Origin: SAR116 cluster bacterium AG-321-A13
Lineage (GTDB): Bacteria; Pseudomonadota; Alphaproteobacteria; Puniceispirillales; Marisalimonadaceae
DNA: 64,000 nucleotides
Direction of reading: 5' to 3'
NCBI GenBank assembly: GCA_003283875.1
Contig: QBXD01000003.1
Location: 448 to 64,447, forward strand
The notes under the pieces were generated by a model that saw nothing but the letters and a program-made list of their open reading frames with translations, was not told where the DNA came from and searched no databases. Within the stretch, counting starts at the first letter, position 1. Every line of letters starts with the position of its first letter. Below are positions 1-10,332 of this stretch, piece by piece. Position numbers and translations under genes: made by a program.

Positions 1-246
1 GTTTTTTTACCAAATATATCAATTAAAGATATAGAAACAGAAATATTTAGGGAGTTTTTTCAATCACTTTCCCAAGCTGCTGGGTTCACAATTCATATTG
101 AAAATCTATATGGAAAAAACACTCATCATATTATTGAATCTTGCTTCAAAGCTTTAGCAATAAGTATGAGAAATGCTATTAATATTGACGTAAGAAATTC
201 AACTAATATACCTTCTACTAAAGGCACATTAATAGGAAATAGTTAA
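1..246 (+). CDS. hisB: Imidazoleglycerol-phosphate dehydratase, 3' partial
   Basis: Frame 1 translates to ...[40 protein letters not shown]...IPSTKGTL, stop TAA at 244-246; lies directly upstream of hisH. Confidence 0.96.
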   Translation, partial: VFLPNISIKDIETEIFREFFQSLSQAAGFTIHIENLYGKNTHHIIESCFKALAISMRNAINIDVRNSTNIPSTKGTLIGNS

Positions 247-247
247 T

Positions 248-907
248 ATGTACTTAACAATAATAGATTATGGTTCTGGAAATCTTAGGTCTGTTGAAAA
301 CGCTTTTAGTAATGCAATTACTGACAACAACCTAAAATGTAAAATTAGTGTTACGAGTGACATACACATTATTGCAAATGCCGATTTGTTGGTTTTACCT
401 GGCGTTGGTTCATTTCCTGATTGTAGAAAAGGTCTACAAAATATAGAAGGTCTTATAGATGTCTTATCTGAACAGGTTCTTTTTAAAAAAAAAAAATTTC
501 TTGGTATTTGTGTTGGAATGCAGTTAATGTTTGATTTTAGTTTAGAAAAAATAAGGACTTCAGGCTTTGGCTGGTTGAGTGGTAATTTTAATAAAATAAA
601 AACAGTTGGTTTAGATTATCTGGGAAGGAAATTTAAAGTTCCACATATGGGATGGAATAGTTTACATCTAGAACATATTCATCATCCAATTCTTAAAGAG
701 ATAAATGAAAAAGATCAATACTATTTTGTTCACTCATATTACTTGGAAGGCAATCAAAAAAATCAAGTAATAGCCAGTACCAATTATTGTCATCAAATTC
801 CTGCAATTGTTGGTAATGAAAATTATTTAGGAGTTCAATTTCATCCTGAAAAAAGTAGTTTATCAGGCCAGAAATTAATTTCGAACTGGCTCAAATGGAG
901 TCCCTAG
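248..907 (+). CDS. hisH: Imidazole glycerol phosphate synthase glutaminase subunit
   Basis: IIDYGSGNLRSV, LPGVG, GICVGMQ (catalytic Cys), PHMGWN, YFVHSY, QFHPEKS. Confidence 0.97.
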   Translation: MYLTIIDYGSGNLRSVENAFSNAITDNNLKCKISVTSDIHIIANADLLVLPGVGSFPDCRKGLQNIEGLIDVLSEQVLFKKKKFLGICVGMQLMFDFSLEKIRTSGFGWLSGNFNKIKTVGLDYLGRKFKVPHMGWNSLHLEHIHHPILKEINEKDQYYFVHSYYLEGNQKNQVIASTNYCHQIPAIVGNENYLGVQFHPEKSSLSGQKLISNWLKWSP

Positions 908-921
908 GTGAAAGAAAAGCA

Positions 922-1455
922 ATGGAAAAAGCTACAAACAGATATAATGTAAAAGCTGAAATTTGCAAAAATTTAGACAAAGTTGACTTACAAGAACTTT
1001 GCGACGCAACAGAAGAAGCTATTATTGGCGGAGGTGGATTTGGTTGGATATCACCACCATCAATTAAAACGCTTCAAAACTATTGGAAAGGAGTTTTGTT
1101 GATACCTGAGAGAATTCTTATTGTAGGAAAGCTTGATAATGTTATAGCTGGTTCAGTTCAATTAATAAAACCAACTAAAAATAATGAAGCGCAGTCGCAT
1201 TCTTGTACTTTAAGCACCTTTTTCTTTGCCCCTTGGGCAAGAGGTTTTGGTTTAGCTAAAGCTGTGTTTCAGAAAGCTGAATTAAGAGCAAAACAAGATG
1301 GATTTAAAGTTATGAATCTTGAAGTTAGGGAAACGCAGTTTAGGGCTATACAATTATATGAACAAGCAGGATTTATAAAGTCTGGGGTTAATCCAAAATC
1401 AGTTTTTATAGATGGTAAATATATAGCTGGTTATTATTATTATAAAGAATTATGA
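922..1455 (+). CDS. GNAT-family N-acetyltransferase
   Basis: PWARGFGLA acetyl-CoA-binding motif and LEVRETQFRAIQLYEQAGF; ATG at 922 preferred over 895 because AGGTGA (SD-like) is at 906-911. Confidence 0.85.
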   Translation: MEKATNRYNVKAEICKNLDKVDLQELCDATEEAIIGGGGFGWISPPSIKTLQNYWKGVLLIPERILIVGKLDNVIAGSVQLIKPTKNNEAQSHSCTLSTFFFAPWARGFGLAKAVFQKAELRAKQDGFKVMNLEVRETQFRAIQLYEQAGFIKSGVNPKSVFIDGKYIAGYYYYKEL

Positions 1456-1456
1456 A

Positions 1457-2212
1457 ATGAAAAAAGAACAATTTATTTTATATCCAGCTATAGATATTAA
1501 AGATGGAAGGTGTGTAAGGCTTCTGTTTGGAGATATGAAAAGGGAAACGGTTTATAATAATAACCCAATAGACCAAGCCATGTGGTTTATAGATCAAGGT
1601 GCAAAATGGTTACATATTGTAGATCTTGACGGAGCAGTTGAAGGAAAAAGTGTCAATAAAACCATAATCCAAAAAATTTCTAAAACCTTTCAAAATAGAG
1701 TAAATATTCAATTAGGTGGTGGAATTAGAAATCTAGAGAATATTGATTTCTGGTTACAAAACTCAGTTGAAAGATTGATTTTAGGAACTTTAGCTTTAGA
1801 AAATCCAGATTTTGTTAAAGAATTAGAAAATGAATATTATAAAAAAATTGTAATTGGCGCAGATGTTAGAAACGGTATGATTGCTTCTCATGGTTGGAAA
1901 AAGCAATCTAATATCAGTGCCCACGACTTAATCAAAAAATTCAATCCTTCCTTAATTAGCTCTGTAATATATACTGACATATCAAGGGATGGAAGTTTGA
2001 AGGGCATTAGTCTTAAGGAAACCTTAAAATTTGCGAAATCTGTCTCACATCCTGTTATAGCCTCTGGCGGTGTTTCATCATTAAATGATATTGTCAGATT
2101 AAGTGATGAATATTCAAACGGTATTGAAGGTGTAATAATTGGAAGAGCATTATACGATAAAAAGTTTACTTTCGCAGAGGCTACAGATAAAATTAACAAG
2201 GCAAAAAATTAA
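1457..2212 (+). CDS. hisA: ProFAR isomerase
   Basis: LYPAIDIKDGRCVRL, LHIVDLDGA, QLGGGIR, TDISRDG, IASGGV, GRALY. Confidence 0.97.
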   Translation: MKKEQFILYPAIDIKDGRCVRLLFGDMKRETVYNNNPIDQAMWFIDQGAKWLHIVDLDGAVEGKSVNKTIIQKISKTFQNRVNIQLGGGIRNLENIDFWLQNSVERLILGTLALENPDFVKELENEYYKKIVIGADVRNGMIASHGWKKQSNISAHDLIKKFNPSLISSVIYTDISRDGSLKGISLKETLKFAKSVSHPVIASGGVSSLNDIVRLSDEYSNGIEGVIIGRALYDKKFTFAEATDKINKAKN

Positions 2213-2985
2213 TGTTATCAACAAGAGTTATTGCGTGCCTAGATGTTCATAATGGAAGAACAGTTAAAGGTGTAAATTTTGTAGACTTAAAGGATGCAGG
2301 TGACCCAGTAGAACAGGCTAATTTTTATAGTAAAACAGGTGCAGATGAAATTTGTTTTTTGGATATTTCTGCCACTTATGAAAATAGAAAAACAATGTTT
2401 GATGTAATTTCTAAAACGGCTGAGACGTGTTTTGTTCCTCTAACTGTAGGAGGAGGAGTTAATAACTTGAATGATTTTCGTGAATTGTTAAAATGTGGAG
2501 CAGACAAAGTCTCAGTGAACTCATCAGCTGTATCTAATCCAAAAATAATTATAGATTCTTCTGACAAATTTGGCAACCAATGTGTTGTATTGGCAATTGA
2601 CGCCATTGAGAGTAAAAATATGCCTAGTGGATATGAAGTCACTACACATGGAGGAAGAAAAAAAACAAACATAGATGTTTTGAATTGGGCAGTACAGGGA
2701 GTTAAAAATGGCGCAGGTGAAATTTTGTTAACATCAATGACTACAGATGGAATGAAAACTGGCTATAATCTTCATCTTACAAAGCTAGTATCTGAAAATG
2801 TTTCTGTCCCTGTAATAGCCTCAGGTGGAGCAGGCAACCCTAAAGATATGGTAGATGTGGTGCTTAAATCTGGTGCTTCAGCAGTCTTAGCCGCATCAAT
2901 TTTTCATTTTGGTATTCATTCAATATTATCAGTAAAAAAAGAAATGTTAAAAAATGGAATTCTTGTAAGAGATTGTGGAAATTAA
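2212..2985 (+). CDS. hisF: Imidazole glycerol phosphate synthase cyclase subunit
   Basis: RVIACLDV, VKGVNF, DAGDPVE, PLTVGGG, GADKVS, GAGEILLTSM, IASGGAG. Confidence 0.97.
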   Translation: MLSTRVIACLDVHNGRTVKGVNFVDLKDAGDPVEQANFYSKTGADEICFLDISATYENRKTMFDVISKTAETCFVPLTVGGGVNNLNDFRELLKCGADKVSVNSSAVSNPKIIIDSSDKFGNQCVVLAIDAIESKNMPSGYEVTTHGGRKKTNIDVLNWAVQGVKNGAGEILLTSMTTDGMKTGYNLHLTKLVSENVSVPVIASGGAGNPKDMVDVVLKSGASAVLAASIFHFGIHSILSVKKEMLKNGILVRDCGN

Positions 2986-2986
2986 A

Positions 2987-3301
2987 ATGAATGATCAATT
3001 TATTATAGAAATGTTTAAAAGCTTAAACAAAAGAAAAAATATAAGCAAAAATAAGTCTTATACGGCATACTTAATAAAAAATCCTGAAATATTAGGAAAA
3101 AAAATCGGCGAGGAAGCTACGGAATTAATAATAGATTTTATAAAAAAAAATAAAAACGGACTTATTAAAGAATCAGCTGACCTTATATATCACTTACTTG
3201 TTATATGGGTTTCAGCTGGAGTAGATCCTAGAGAAGTATGGGAGGAATTATCTAATAGACAGTTAAAATCTGGGTTTGAAGAAAAAAACAGCAGGAGTTA
3301 A
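2987..3301 (+). CDS. hisE: Phosphoribosyl-ATP pyrophosphatase
   Basis: SYTAYL, KKIGEEATE, ESADLIYHLLV; ATG at 2987 just after the hisF stop (ORF track starts at GTG 2975). Confidence 0.93.
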   Translation: MNDQFIIEMFKSLNKRKNISKNKSYTAYLIKNPEILGKKIGEEATELIIDFIKKNKNGLIKESADLIYHLLVIWVSAGVDPREVWEELSNRQLKSGFEEKNSRS

Positions 3302-3304
3302 AGA

Positions 3305-3667
3305 ATGAATAAAAATTACGATAAACACAATATTTTTGCAAAAATATTAAGGTCTGAGATTCCGTGTCACAAAATACTCGAAAATGATCACGCTCTTGCT
3401 TTTTCCGATATAAATCCCCAGTCACCTATTCATATTTTAATTATCCCTAAAAAAGCTTATTTAAATTTCCATGATTTTATGGAAAACGCATTAATCAAAG
3501 AAATAGAATTTCTTTGGAAATTAGTAAATGATGTAATAAAGTTGAATAAAATTTCCAAAAAAGGATTTAGGATTATTTCCAATTCTGGAGATCATGGAAA
3601 TCAAGATGTACCTCATTTCCATGTACATGTATTGGGTGGAAAGAATTTGGGTAGAATGATGAACTAA
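3305..3667 (+). CDS. hinT: HIT-family nucleotide-binding protein (purine nucleoside phosphoramidase-like)
   Basis: NIFAKILRSEIPC, DINPQSPIHILIIPK, histidine triad QDVPHFHVHVLGG. Confidence 0.92.
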   Translation: MNKNYDKHNIFAKILRSEIPCHKILENDHALAFSDINPQSPIHILIIPKKAYLNFHDFMENALIKEIEFLWKLVNDVIKLNKISKKGFRIISNSGDHGNQDVPHFHVHVLGGKNLGRMMN

Positions 3668-4617
3668 AAACCTAGTTTATTCTCTATAAATTTCCAAAAA
3701 ATTTCTTCGATTGCAACTGAGTCATAAGATTTTATTTCTCTAATACCTGTTGGCGAAGTAACATTAATTTCAGTTATATAATCACCAATAATATCTATTC
3801 CTACAAAATATAATTCTTTATCTTTTAAAGACTGTGAAATTTCTTTACAAATAAATTTGTCTCTCTTTGTTAAAGTTGTTTTTTGTGGTTTTCCGCCAAC
3901 ATGCATATTTGATCTACTTTCTCCTTTTTCAGGAATTCTATTAATAGCTCCCACAACTTCACCATTAACTAAAATAATTCGTTTATCACCACTTCTAACA
4001 TCACTTAGATACTCTTGTATCATTAGAGGTTCATTATTTTGGGTGAAAAACATTTCTAAAATTGAATTAAAGTTCTCATCTTTGGGTAAAACATGAAAAA
4101 CTCCTTGTCCACCATTACCATATAGTGGTTTAATTATTATGTCCTTATATTCGTCTCTAAAACTTTTAATTATTTTTGGATTTCTGCTTATTAAAGTTTT
4201 TGGCATTAAATGTGAGAAATTTGTAACAAATATTTTCTCTGGTGCATTCCTAACTTCATAGGGATTATTAACAACTAATACAGAACTTGCAAGCTTTTCT
4301 AAAATGTGTGTGGCAGTAATGTAAGACATATTAAAAGGTGGATCTTGCCTCATTAATACTACATCATAATAGTTTAAAGATGATGTTTTTTCGTCATGAT
4401 ATCTATAATCATGAGTTTCATTCTGCGATGATAATTCTATTTTACAAATATTGGCAAAAACTTGCCCAGATTTTAAAAAAAGATCATCTGGTTTAAAAAA
4501 ACTTATTTCATGTTTTCTAGCCTGAGCCTCAAGAGCTAAAGCAAAAGTAGTGTCACCTTTAAGATCAAGCTTTTCAAATGGATCCATTAGAAAAGCAATT
4601 TTTAAATTTCTTTTCAT
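3664..4617 (-). CDS. gshB: Glutathione synthetase
   Basis: DVVLMRQDPPFNMSY, VRNAPEK, KPLYGNGG, RSNMHVGG, EINVTSPTG. Confidence 0.97.
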   Translation of the reverse strand: MKRNLKIAFLMDPFEKLDLKGDTTFALALEAQARKHEISFFKPDDLFLKSGQVFANICKIELSSQNETHDYRYHDEKTSSLNYYDVVLMRQDPPFNMSYITATHILEKLASSVLVVNNPYEVRNAPEKIFVTNFSHLMPKTLISRNPKIIKSFRDEYKDIIIKPLYGNGGQGVFHVLPKDENFNSILEMFFTQNNEPLMIQEYLSDVRSGDKRIILVNGEVVGAINRIPEKGESRSNMHVGGKPQKTTLTKRDKFICKEISQSLKDKELYFVGIDIIGDYITEINVTSPTGIREIKSYDSVAIEEIFWKFIENKLGF

Positions 4618-5186
4618 CTTTTATCATCAAATAAAATTATATAATTATATACTTCCTTTACAAATCGTGCGCTTGATGCGTGGTTTTTTACAAGAAGCAT
4701 CTCTTCTTTACTGCTTGCAACTCCACTAAGATAAGCTTTGTCATTCACAACATCTATTGAAAAATTTATACTATTAATAGCTTTATCTGACATTATTCGA
4801 GCTCTTATTTCTCCCATTGAAGCTATGTCTCTTGCTACATTTTTTATGGAAGAAGTGTCTGTTATCTGAAGTTCATTGTTTACCTCATTAACGCCTCGTA
4901 TAGACCAAGAAATTTTAGTAAATTCGACTTTTTCACTTGGGTTTTTTACTTTACCTGTTAACAAAACCGATCCATTATTAACAAATATCTTGGTGTTTTT
5001 TATTAAATCTTTATCTAGTTTAAATATTAAATTTGATATCTTTGTTTTAATAATATTGTCATTTAATGTAGTGCCTATACCCTTTTCTTTTGAAGCGGCC
5101 CCTAAAGACACCATGCCAATAGTTGCTAATGGTGCACATGATTGCAACAAAAGAGTAATAATTGAAATAAACAATAAATTTTTCAT
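4614..5186 (-). CDS. Double BON-domain lipoprotein (DolP/YraP-like)
   Basis: Lipobox LLQSC; two BON-like repeats (VLLTGKV...GVNEVNNEL; AYLSGVA...VKEVYNYI); next to rsmI. Confidence 0.85.
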   Translation of the reverse strand: MKNLLFISIITLLLQSCAPLATIGMVSLGAASKEKGIGTTLNDNIIKTKISNLIFKLDKDLIKNTKIFVNNGSVLLTGKVKNPSEKVEFTKISWSIRGVNEVNNELQITDTSSIKNVARDIASMGEIRARIMSDKAINSINFSIDVVNDKAYLSGVASSKEEMLLVKNHASSARFVKEVYNYIILFDDKR

Positions 5187-5244
5187 TTTTTATACCTTTG
5201 CCTAATTGTCTAAATTTAGATAAATATAAATTAATTTCATGGTC

Positions 5245-6159
5245 TTATTTTTCAACCATAGATTTTTTAATTTTTATAGCTTCATCGTAGATTAATTTTT
5301 TTGAAAAATTAGTCTCATTAATAATTAAATTCACAGTATCACGAAGAGAAAATTTTTGAAGCTTCTTTTTGATATTAACCCTTACAGTTTCAATACTAAT
5401 ATTTTTACTTTCAGTATGGCCATCAATTATAATTACAATTTCTCCTTTTAAAGGTTTATTTCTTAGTTGCCTTTCATTAATCAAACTTTCCATATTTTCT
5501 AAATCACTAGTAATAATATCTTCATAAATTTTAGTAAGCTCCCTTGTTATAGAAATTTTCCTGTTTCCATAGATCTTAAGCATTATCTTAAGAGTATCAA
5601 TTAACCTTAAACAAGTATCAAACCATACACCCGTCATCGGATATGATTTAGTTAGGGTAAACTGTTTTATTTTAGCATTTCTCTTTGCGGAAACAAAACC
5701 TCCAAAATAAAATTGATTTGTAGGAAGTCCAGACAATATTAATCCGTTTATTACAGATGAAGGACCAGGTGCGTGTGTTACTTTGACTTTATTCAAATAG
5801 CACTCTTGAACAAGTTTATAACCAGGGTCAGAAATTAATGGTGTTCCAGCATCGCTAACTAATCCTATATTTTTGTTTAAAAGAAGTTGTTTTAAGATAT
5901 AAGGTCTTTTTTTGGGAGCATTACTATCATTATAAGAAATCATATTTTTATGATTTAAATTGAGATAGGATAATAGTTTTTTAGTTTTTCTAGTATCTTC
6001 ACATAATAATATATCTACAAAATTGAAAAGTTGAATAGCTCTGAGGCTAATGTCACTTAAATTTCCAATTGGGGTAGCTATAATATATAAACACCCTTCA
6101 ACATCTTCAATTTCGCAGTTATTTGGATGTTTTAGTTGTTCTTTACTTAATTTTTTCAA
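5245..6159 (-). CDS. rsmI: 16S rRNA C1402 2'-O-methyltransferase
   Basis: LYIIATPIGNLSDIS, CEDTR, SDAGTPLISDPG, RELTKIYE, KGEIVIII. Confidence 0.96.
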   Translation of the reverse strand: MKKLSKEQLKHPNNCEIEDVEGCLYIIATPIGNLSDISLRAIQLFNFVDILLCEDTRKTKKLLSYLNLNHKNMISYNDSNAPKKRPYILKQLLLNKNIGLVSDAGTPLISDPGYKLVQECYLNKVKVTHAPGPSSVINGLILSGLPTNQFYFGGFVSAKRNAKIKQFTLTKSYPMTGVWFDTCLRLIDTLKIMLKIYGNRKISITRELTKIYEDIITSDLENMESLINERQLRNKPLKGEIVIIIDGHTESKNISIETVRVNIKKKLQKFSLRDTVNLIINETNFSKKLIYDEAIKIKKSMVEK

Positions 6160-6202
6160 TAGATTACCCTAATTATGATAACGAAATATTAAGTGTGTAT
6201 TA

Positions 6203-7672
6203 ATGTTTATTTTTAATTCAAAATATAATCTTATTAAATATTTTTGTATATTATTAATGATTAGCGGATGCCAAAATAATAAAGAGAAATTAATATTAGA
6301 AAATAAGATTTCAACCGCAATTCCCCCAAAAAACCAATCAGTTTTAGACAATAAAAAATTTTCAATAGAAAAAGTATCTAGAAGTAAAATTAATTTAAAT
6401 AAAAAAGAAAATAAAATAAAACAAAAAGATAATTATGTCATTTTTGAATTTAAGAATGAGAGATTGCTTCAAGGAAGAGACAAACCTAAATTTACAGAAA
6501 AAACAAAAACAAAAAAAGCCTTATCTGCAGTTTTTAAAATGTTAGGGCAAAATTTAAGTTTAAGTAATGATAATTTGAATTTGAATAGTAATGGTGAAAT
6601 TTCATTAGATAATAGATATTTTGATATAAAAAAAGATGTTACTCTTTACAGGAATATCTTAGCTTTTCTTCCACTAACGGGTCCTTATTCAAATTATGGT
6701 GTTAAAACAAGGAAAGCATTGGATCTTAGTATTTTAAATTCTGCTAACCATAAAATAAAAATTTTTTATTTTGATACGGGCAAAAACATTAACCAAATAA
6801 ATATAAGTAAATTATTGGATAATATAAACCCTAGTCTTATTATAGGACCATTTAGGAGAGAAGTTTTATTAGATATTAAGCCTATAGCTAAATCTAAATT
6901 TATACCAATACTAACATTTTCAAATGATATATCATTAAGAGAAAATAACATTTGGTCATTGGGATTTTCGCCGGAAGAACAAGTGAAAAGTGTTATTTCA
7001 TGTGCTCTTAGTTATGGATATAAAAATTTTGGGTTAGTTGCTCCTGATAATCTATATGGCAGAATTTTAACAAATGCATCTATAGACCTAATTAGTGATT
7101 ATAAAAATAATAAATATGACAAAATTTTACTTAATAATAATCAAATAAACAATAAATCAAAATTATTTTCTATCTTAAAAAGTTTTTTAAAATTTAACGA
7201 AAACCAAACTTTACATACTAGGTTTGACTCAATTCTTATTGGTGGTAGTAAAGAATTCATTTTAGAAATAGCTCCACTGTTGGCATTCTTCAATGTGGAT
7301 TCAAAGTATGTAAAAATTCTTGGCACCGAAAAATTTAATACTAAAGAGATAAAAAACGAACCTTCACTAGAAAAGGCTTGGTTTCCTGCAATTGTAAGCA
7401 AAAATGAAAAAATTTTTAAACTATATTGGCAAAAAATTTGGGGAGATGACGTTAATTATTTTTCAAACGCAGGCTTTGACTCAGGTAGTATTGGTATAAA
7501 TTATGTCAATAATCAAAAAGATGGTTCTAGTTTTCTTAAAAACATTTCAGGTCCAATTACGGGTCTAACTTTAGAATCTGGTGGCTATGTAAAAAAACCT
7601 ATAAATGTGATGCAAATAGAAAGTTTAGGAAAGTTAACTAATATTAAAAAATGTAGTAACTTTAAGAATTAA
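6203..7672 (+). CDS. LpoA/LppC-like penicillin-binding protein activator lipoprotein
   Basis: Lipobox MISGC; periplasmic-binding-protein fold motifs LPLTG, YFDT, IIGP, GFSPEEQV, APLLAFF; divergent from rsmI like yraL/yraM. Confidence 0.75.
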   Translation: MFIFNSKYNLIKYFCILLMISGCQNNKEKLILENKISTAIPPKNQSVLDNKKFSIEKVSRSKINLNKKENKIKQKDNYVIFEFKNERLLQGRDKPKFTEKTKTKKALSAVFKMLGQNLSLSNDNLNLNSNGEISLDNRYFDIKKDVTLYRNILAFLPLTGPYSNYGVKTRKALDLSILNSANHKIKIFYFDTGKNINQINISKLLDNINPSLIIGPFRREVLLDIKPIAKSKFIPILTFSNDISLRENNIWSLGFSPEEQVKSVISCALSYGYKNFGLVAPDNLYGRILTNASIDLISDYKNNKYDKILLNNNQINNKSKLFSILKSFLKFNENQTLHTRFDSILIGGSKEFILEIAPLLAFFNVDSKYVKILGTEKFNTKEIKNEPSLEKAWFPAIVSKNEKIFKLYWQKIWGDDVNYFSNAGFDSGSIGINYVNNQKDGSSFLKNISGPITGLTLESGGYVKKPINVMQIESLGKLTNIKKCSNFKN

Positions 7673-8837
7673 TTAAAAAATCAATTATACTATCTAATTT
7701 AATCATGTAATTTTCTTCTACTTTTAACATACCATTTTTAACTTTTAGTATTTTTTTATTTTGTAATTCTGTAAAAGCATTACTTTTTATTATAGATTGA
7801 TCAAACAACTTGAAACTCTCTATTCCTTCATATAATCTAAGTCCCATTGTTAATGTATCGATATCCGAAGTTACATTACTAAAGAAATTAATATTTTCAA
7901 ATTCTGATCTATTAATATTATTGGACAACCAAGTTTTTGGGTTCTTATAATTTTGATATTCTATACGTTTAATATTTTGCTTTGAAGACCATAATCTTCC
8001 ATATGCTCCAGGACCTATACCTATCCAGTTTTCTGATTTCCAATAGTTTTTATTGTGTTTGCAATCAAAACCTTTTTTTGCATAATTTGAAACTTCATAT
8101 TTTAAAAAATTGTGACCTTTCAATATTTCATTAGTTTTTTCATAAAAATCAGCTGCGTAATCATTATCAATTACATTTAACAAACCTTTTTTATAGTCTG
8201 TGTAAAATCTTGTACCCTTTTCAATAGTAAGTTGATAAAGTGACAGATGTTGTAAATCATAATGTTTAAGAAAAATTTCTAATTCATTTGTCCAATGCAA
8301 AAGCTTTTGACCATAAAAGGCGTATATTAAATCTACAGAAACATTATTAAATGTGTTTACAGCATGTTCTACTGCTAATTGTGCATCCAAACTACTGTGA
8401 CGTCGTCCTAGAAATTTTAAATTTTCATCATTTAATGACTGAACTCCAATAGATATTCTATTAATTCCTAACTCTTCTAAATCTTTGAACTTTTTTTTTT
8501 CGTAGGAGCTTGGATTAGCTTCAAGTGAAATTTCTATATTCTCTTTAAATCCAAATAAATTTGAAGCAGTTCTCAAAATACTATCTATTATTTCTAAAGG
8601 CATTAATGAAGGTGTTCCCCCTCCAAAAAAAATAGCATTTAAATTATTAAAACTCACATTGTGTTTTAATAATTGTTCATTCATGTCAAGTAATTGATTT
8701 GTATAAGATTTAATCCATTGTTTAGGATCACATATTTCGTTTACATGAGAATTAAAATCACAATAAGGACATTTTGACTCACAATAAGGCCAGTGAATAT
8801 AAAGGCTCAGTAGTTTATTTTCATTTGTAATCAACAC
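7662..8837 (-). CDS. hemW: Radical SAM heme chaperone HemW
   Basis: LYIHWPYCESKCPYCDFN, FFGGGTPSL, LEANP, RISIGVQS, YEVSNY, HNKNYW. Confidence 0.93.
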   Translation of the reverse strand: MLITNENKLLSLYIHWPYCESKCPYCDFNSHVNEICDPKQWIKSYTNQLLDMNEQLLKHNVSFNNLNAIFFGGGTPSLMPLEIIDSILRTASNLFGFKENIEISLEANPSSYEKKKFKDLEELGINRISIGVQSLNDENLKFLGRRHSSLDAQLAVEHAVNTFNNVSVDLIYAFYGQKLLHWTNELEIFLKHYDLQHLSLYQLTIEKGTRFYTDYKKGLLNVIDNDYAADFYEKTNEILKGHNFLKYEVSNYAKKGFDCKHNKNYWKSENWIGIGPGAYGRLWSSKQNIKRIEYQNYKNPKTWLSNNINRSEFENINFFSNVTSDIDTLTMGLRLYEGIESFKLFDQSIIKSNAFTELQNKKILKVKNGMLKVEENYMIKLDSIIDFLINS

Positions 8838-9448
8838 TTTAAATTAGGAAAGCATAAATTTATTAACTTATTAAAAGCAATAGATCTATGACTTATTTTA
8901 TGTTTATAGTTTGGATCCATTTCAGCAAAAGACATGTTATACCCCAATGGTCTAAAAATAGGATCATAACCGAATCCTTTATCTCCTTTAGGAGGCCACG
9001 AAAATTTTCCATGTACTTTTCCAGAAACTGTAACATCGAATTTATCAGGCCAAGAAATTGACAAAGAACAAATGAAATAACAATCGTAGTTAGGCTGTTT
9101 TACCTCTTTAATGGCAGTGTTAATTTTAGACATTGCTGAATAAAAGTTTTTGTTTGAACCAGCCCATCTTGCAGAGTAAATTCCAGGATCATCATTAAGA
9201 TCAGAAAAACATATTCCGCTATCATCTGATATGCTTGGTAATCCTGTTTTTTGAGTTACAAAAGAAGATTTAATTAGGGCATTTTCTTCAAATGTTGCAC
9301 CATTTTCTTCTGGTTCCTCAATATTAAAATCATAAGCAGATAGAATTTCGATATTCAAAGGTGCTAATAAATCTTTAATTTCAGCTATTTTTCCTTTATT
9401 ATGACTAGCAATAACTAATTTTTTATCTTTAAAAACTCGTTTATTCAT
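8831..9448 (-). CDS. rdgB: dITP/XTP pyrophosphatase
   Basis: ASHNKGKIAE, TFEENALIK, DDSG, PGIYSARW, GFGYDPIF, KISHR. Confidence 0.96.
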   Translation of the reverse strand: MNKRVFKDKKLVIASHNKGKIAEIKDLLAPLNIEILSAYDFNIEEPEENGATFEENALIKSSFVTQKTGLPSISDDSGICFSDLNDDPGIYSARWAGSNKNFYSAMSKINTAIKEVKQPNYDCYFICSLSISWPDKFDVTVSGKVHGKFSWPPKGDKGFGYDPIFRPLGYNMSFAEMDPNYKHKISHRSIAFNKLINLCFPNLKC

Positions 9449-9453
9449 AAAAA

Positions 9454-10179
9454 TTATTCCAAATCAAGAGCACGTCTTTGAATTTTAAAAATATACTTTG
9501 TACCATGTTCAGCCAGTTCTATTAAATTAAGGAATTGTTCTTTACTGAATGGTTTTTCTTCTGCAGTAGTTTGAATTTCAACAATACCATTATTCGCAGT
9601 CATAACAAAATTTCCGTCTGTTTCAGCAGATGAGTCTTCTTCATAATCAAGATCAATTATCTCTTTATTTTTCCAAATACCGCATGAAATTGCACTTACT
9701 TGATCTAATATAGGATTTTCTGAAATTTTCCCGGTTTTAAGTAAAAAATTAACTGCATCGTAAAGCGCAACCCAAGCCCCAGTAATAGACGCAGTTCTAG
9801 TTCCACCATCTGCTTGAATTACGTCACAATCTATTTTAATTTGATTTTCGCCCAATTTTTTCAAATCTACAATTGATCTTAGTGATCTTCCGATTAGTCT
9901 TTGTATTTCTTGCGTACGACCAGATGGCTTTCCTTTAACAACTTCTCTATCCATTCTTGAATGCGTAGATCTTGGTAGCATACCATATTCGGCTGTAATC
10001 CAACCTTTACCTGAGTTTCTTAACCATGGTGGTAATTTAGTATCGACAGAAGCCGTACAGAAAACGTGAGTATTACCAAATTTAGCCATACACGAACCCT
10101 CAGCATAAGGAGAGACTTGAGATGCTAATGATATTTCTCTCATTTCGTTATATTGTCTGTTTGAAGGTCTATTTAACAT
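9454..10179 (-). CDS. rph: Ribonuclease PH
   Basis: [48 protein letters not shown]; start reassigned to ATG 10179 (MLNRPS) with a GGGA SD. Confidence 0.97.
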   Translation of the reverse strand: MLNRPSNRQYNEMREISLASQVSPYAEGSCMAKFGNTHVFCTASVDTKLPPWLRNSGKGWITAEYGMLPRSTHSRMDREVVKGKPSGRTQEIQRLIGRSLRSIVDLKKLGENQIKIDCDVIQADGGTRTASITGAWVALYDAVNFLLKTGKISENPILDQVSAISCGIWKNKEIIDLDYEEDSSAETDGNFVMTANNGIVEIQTTAEEKPFSKEQFLNLIELAEHGTKYIFKIQRRALDLE

Positions 10180-10332
10180 AAATATTCCCTGTTCATTAAG
10201 TTTATTATAATTTAGAAATAACTTAAAACACACTAAAGTTGTATTTACAATTATTATAAAATTTTTACCTCTTGCAAATTTTATATAAACTCATTATTTG
10301 CATCATCACAATAATTATCTCTGGAGTGAAAA

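Noticed and set aside
10180-10332. CIRCE element or hrcA remnant between rph and grpE
   Set aside because: No TTAGCACTC-N9-GAGTGCTAA and no coding remnant visible.
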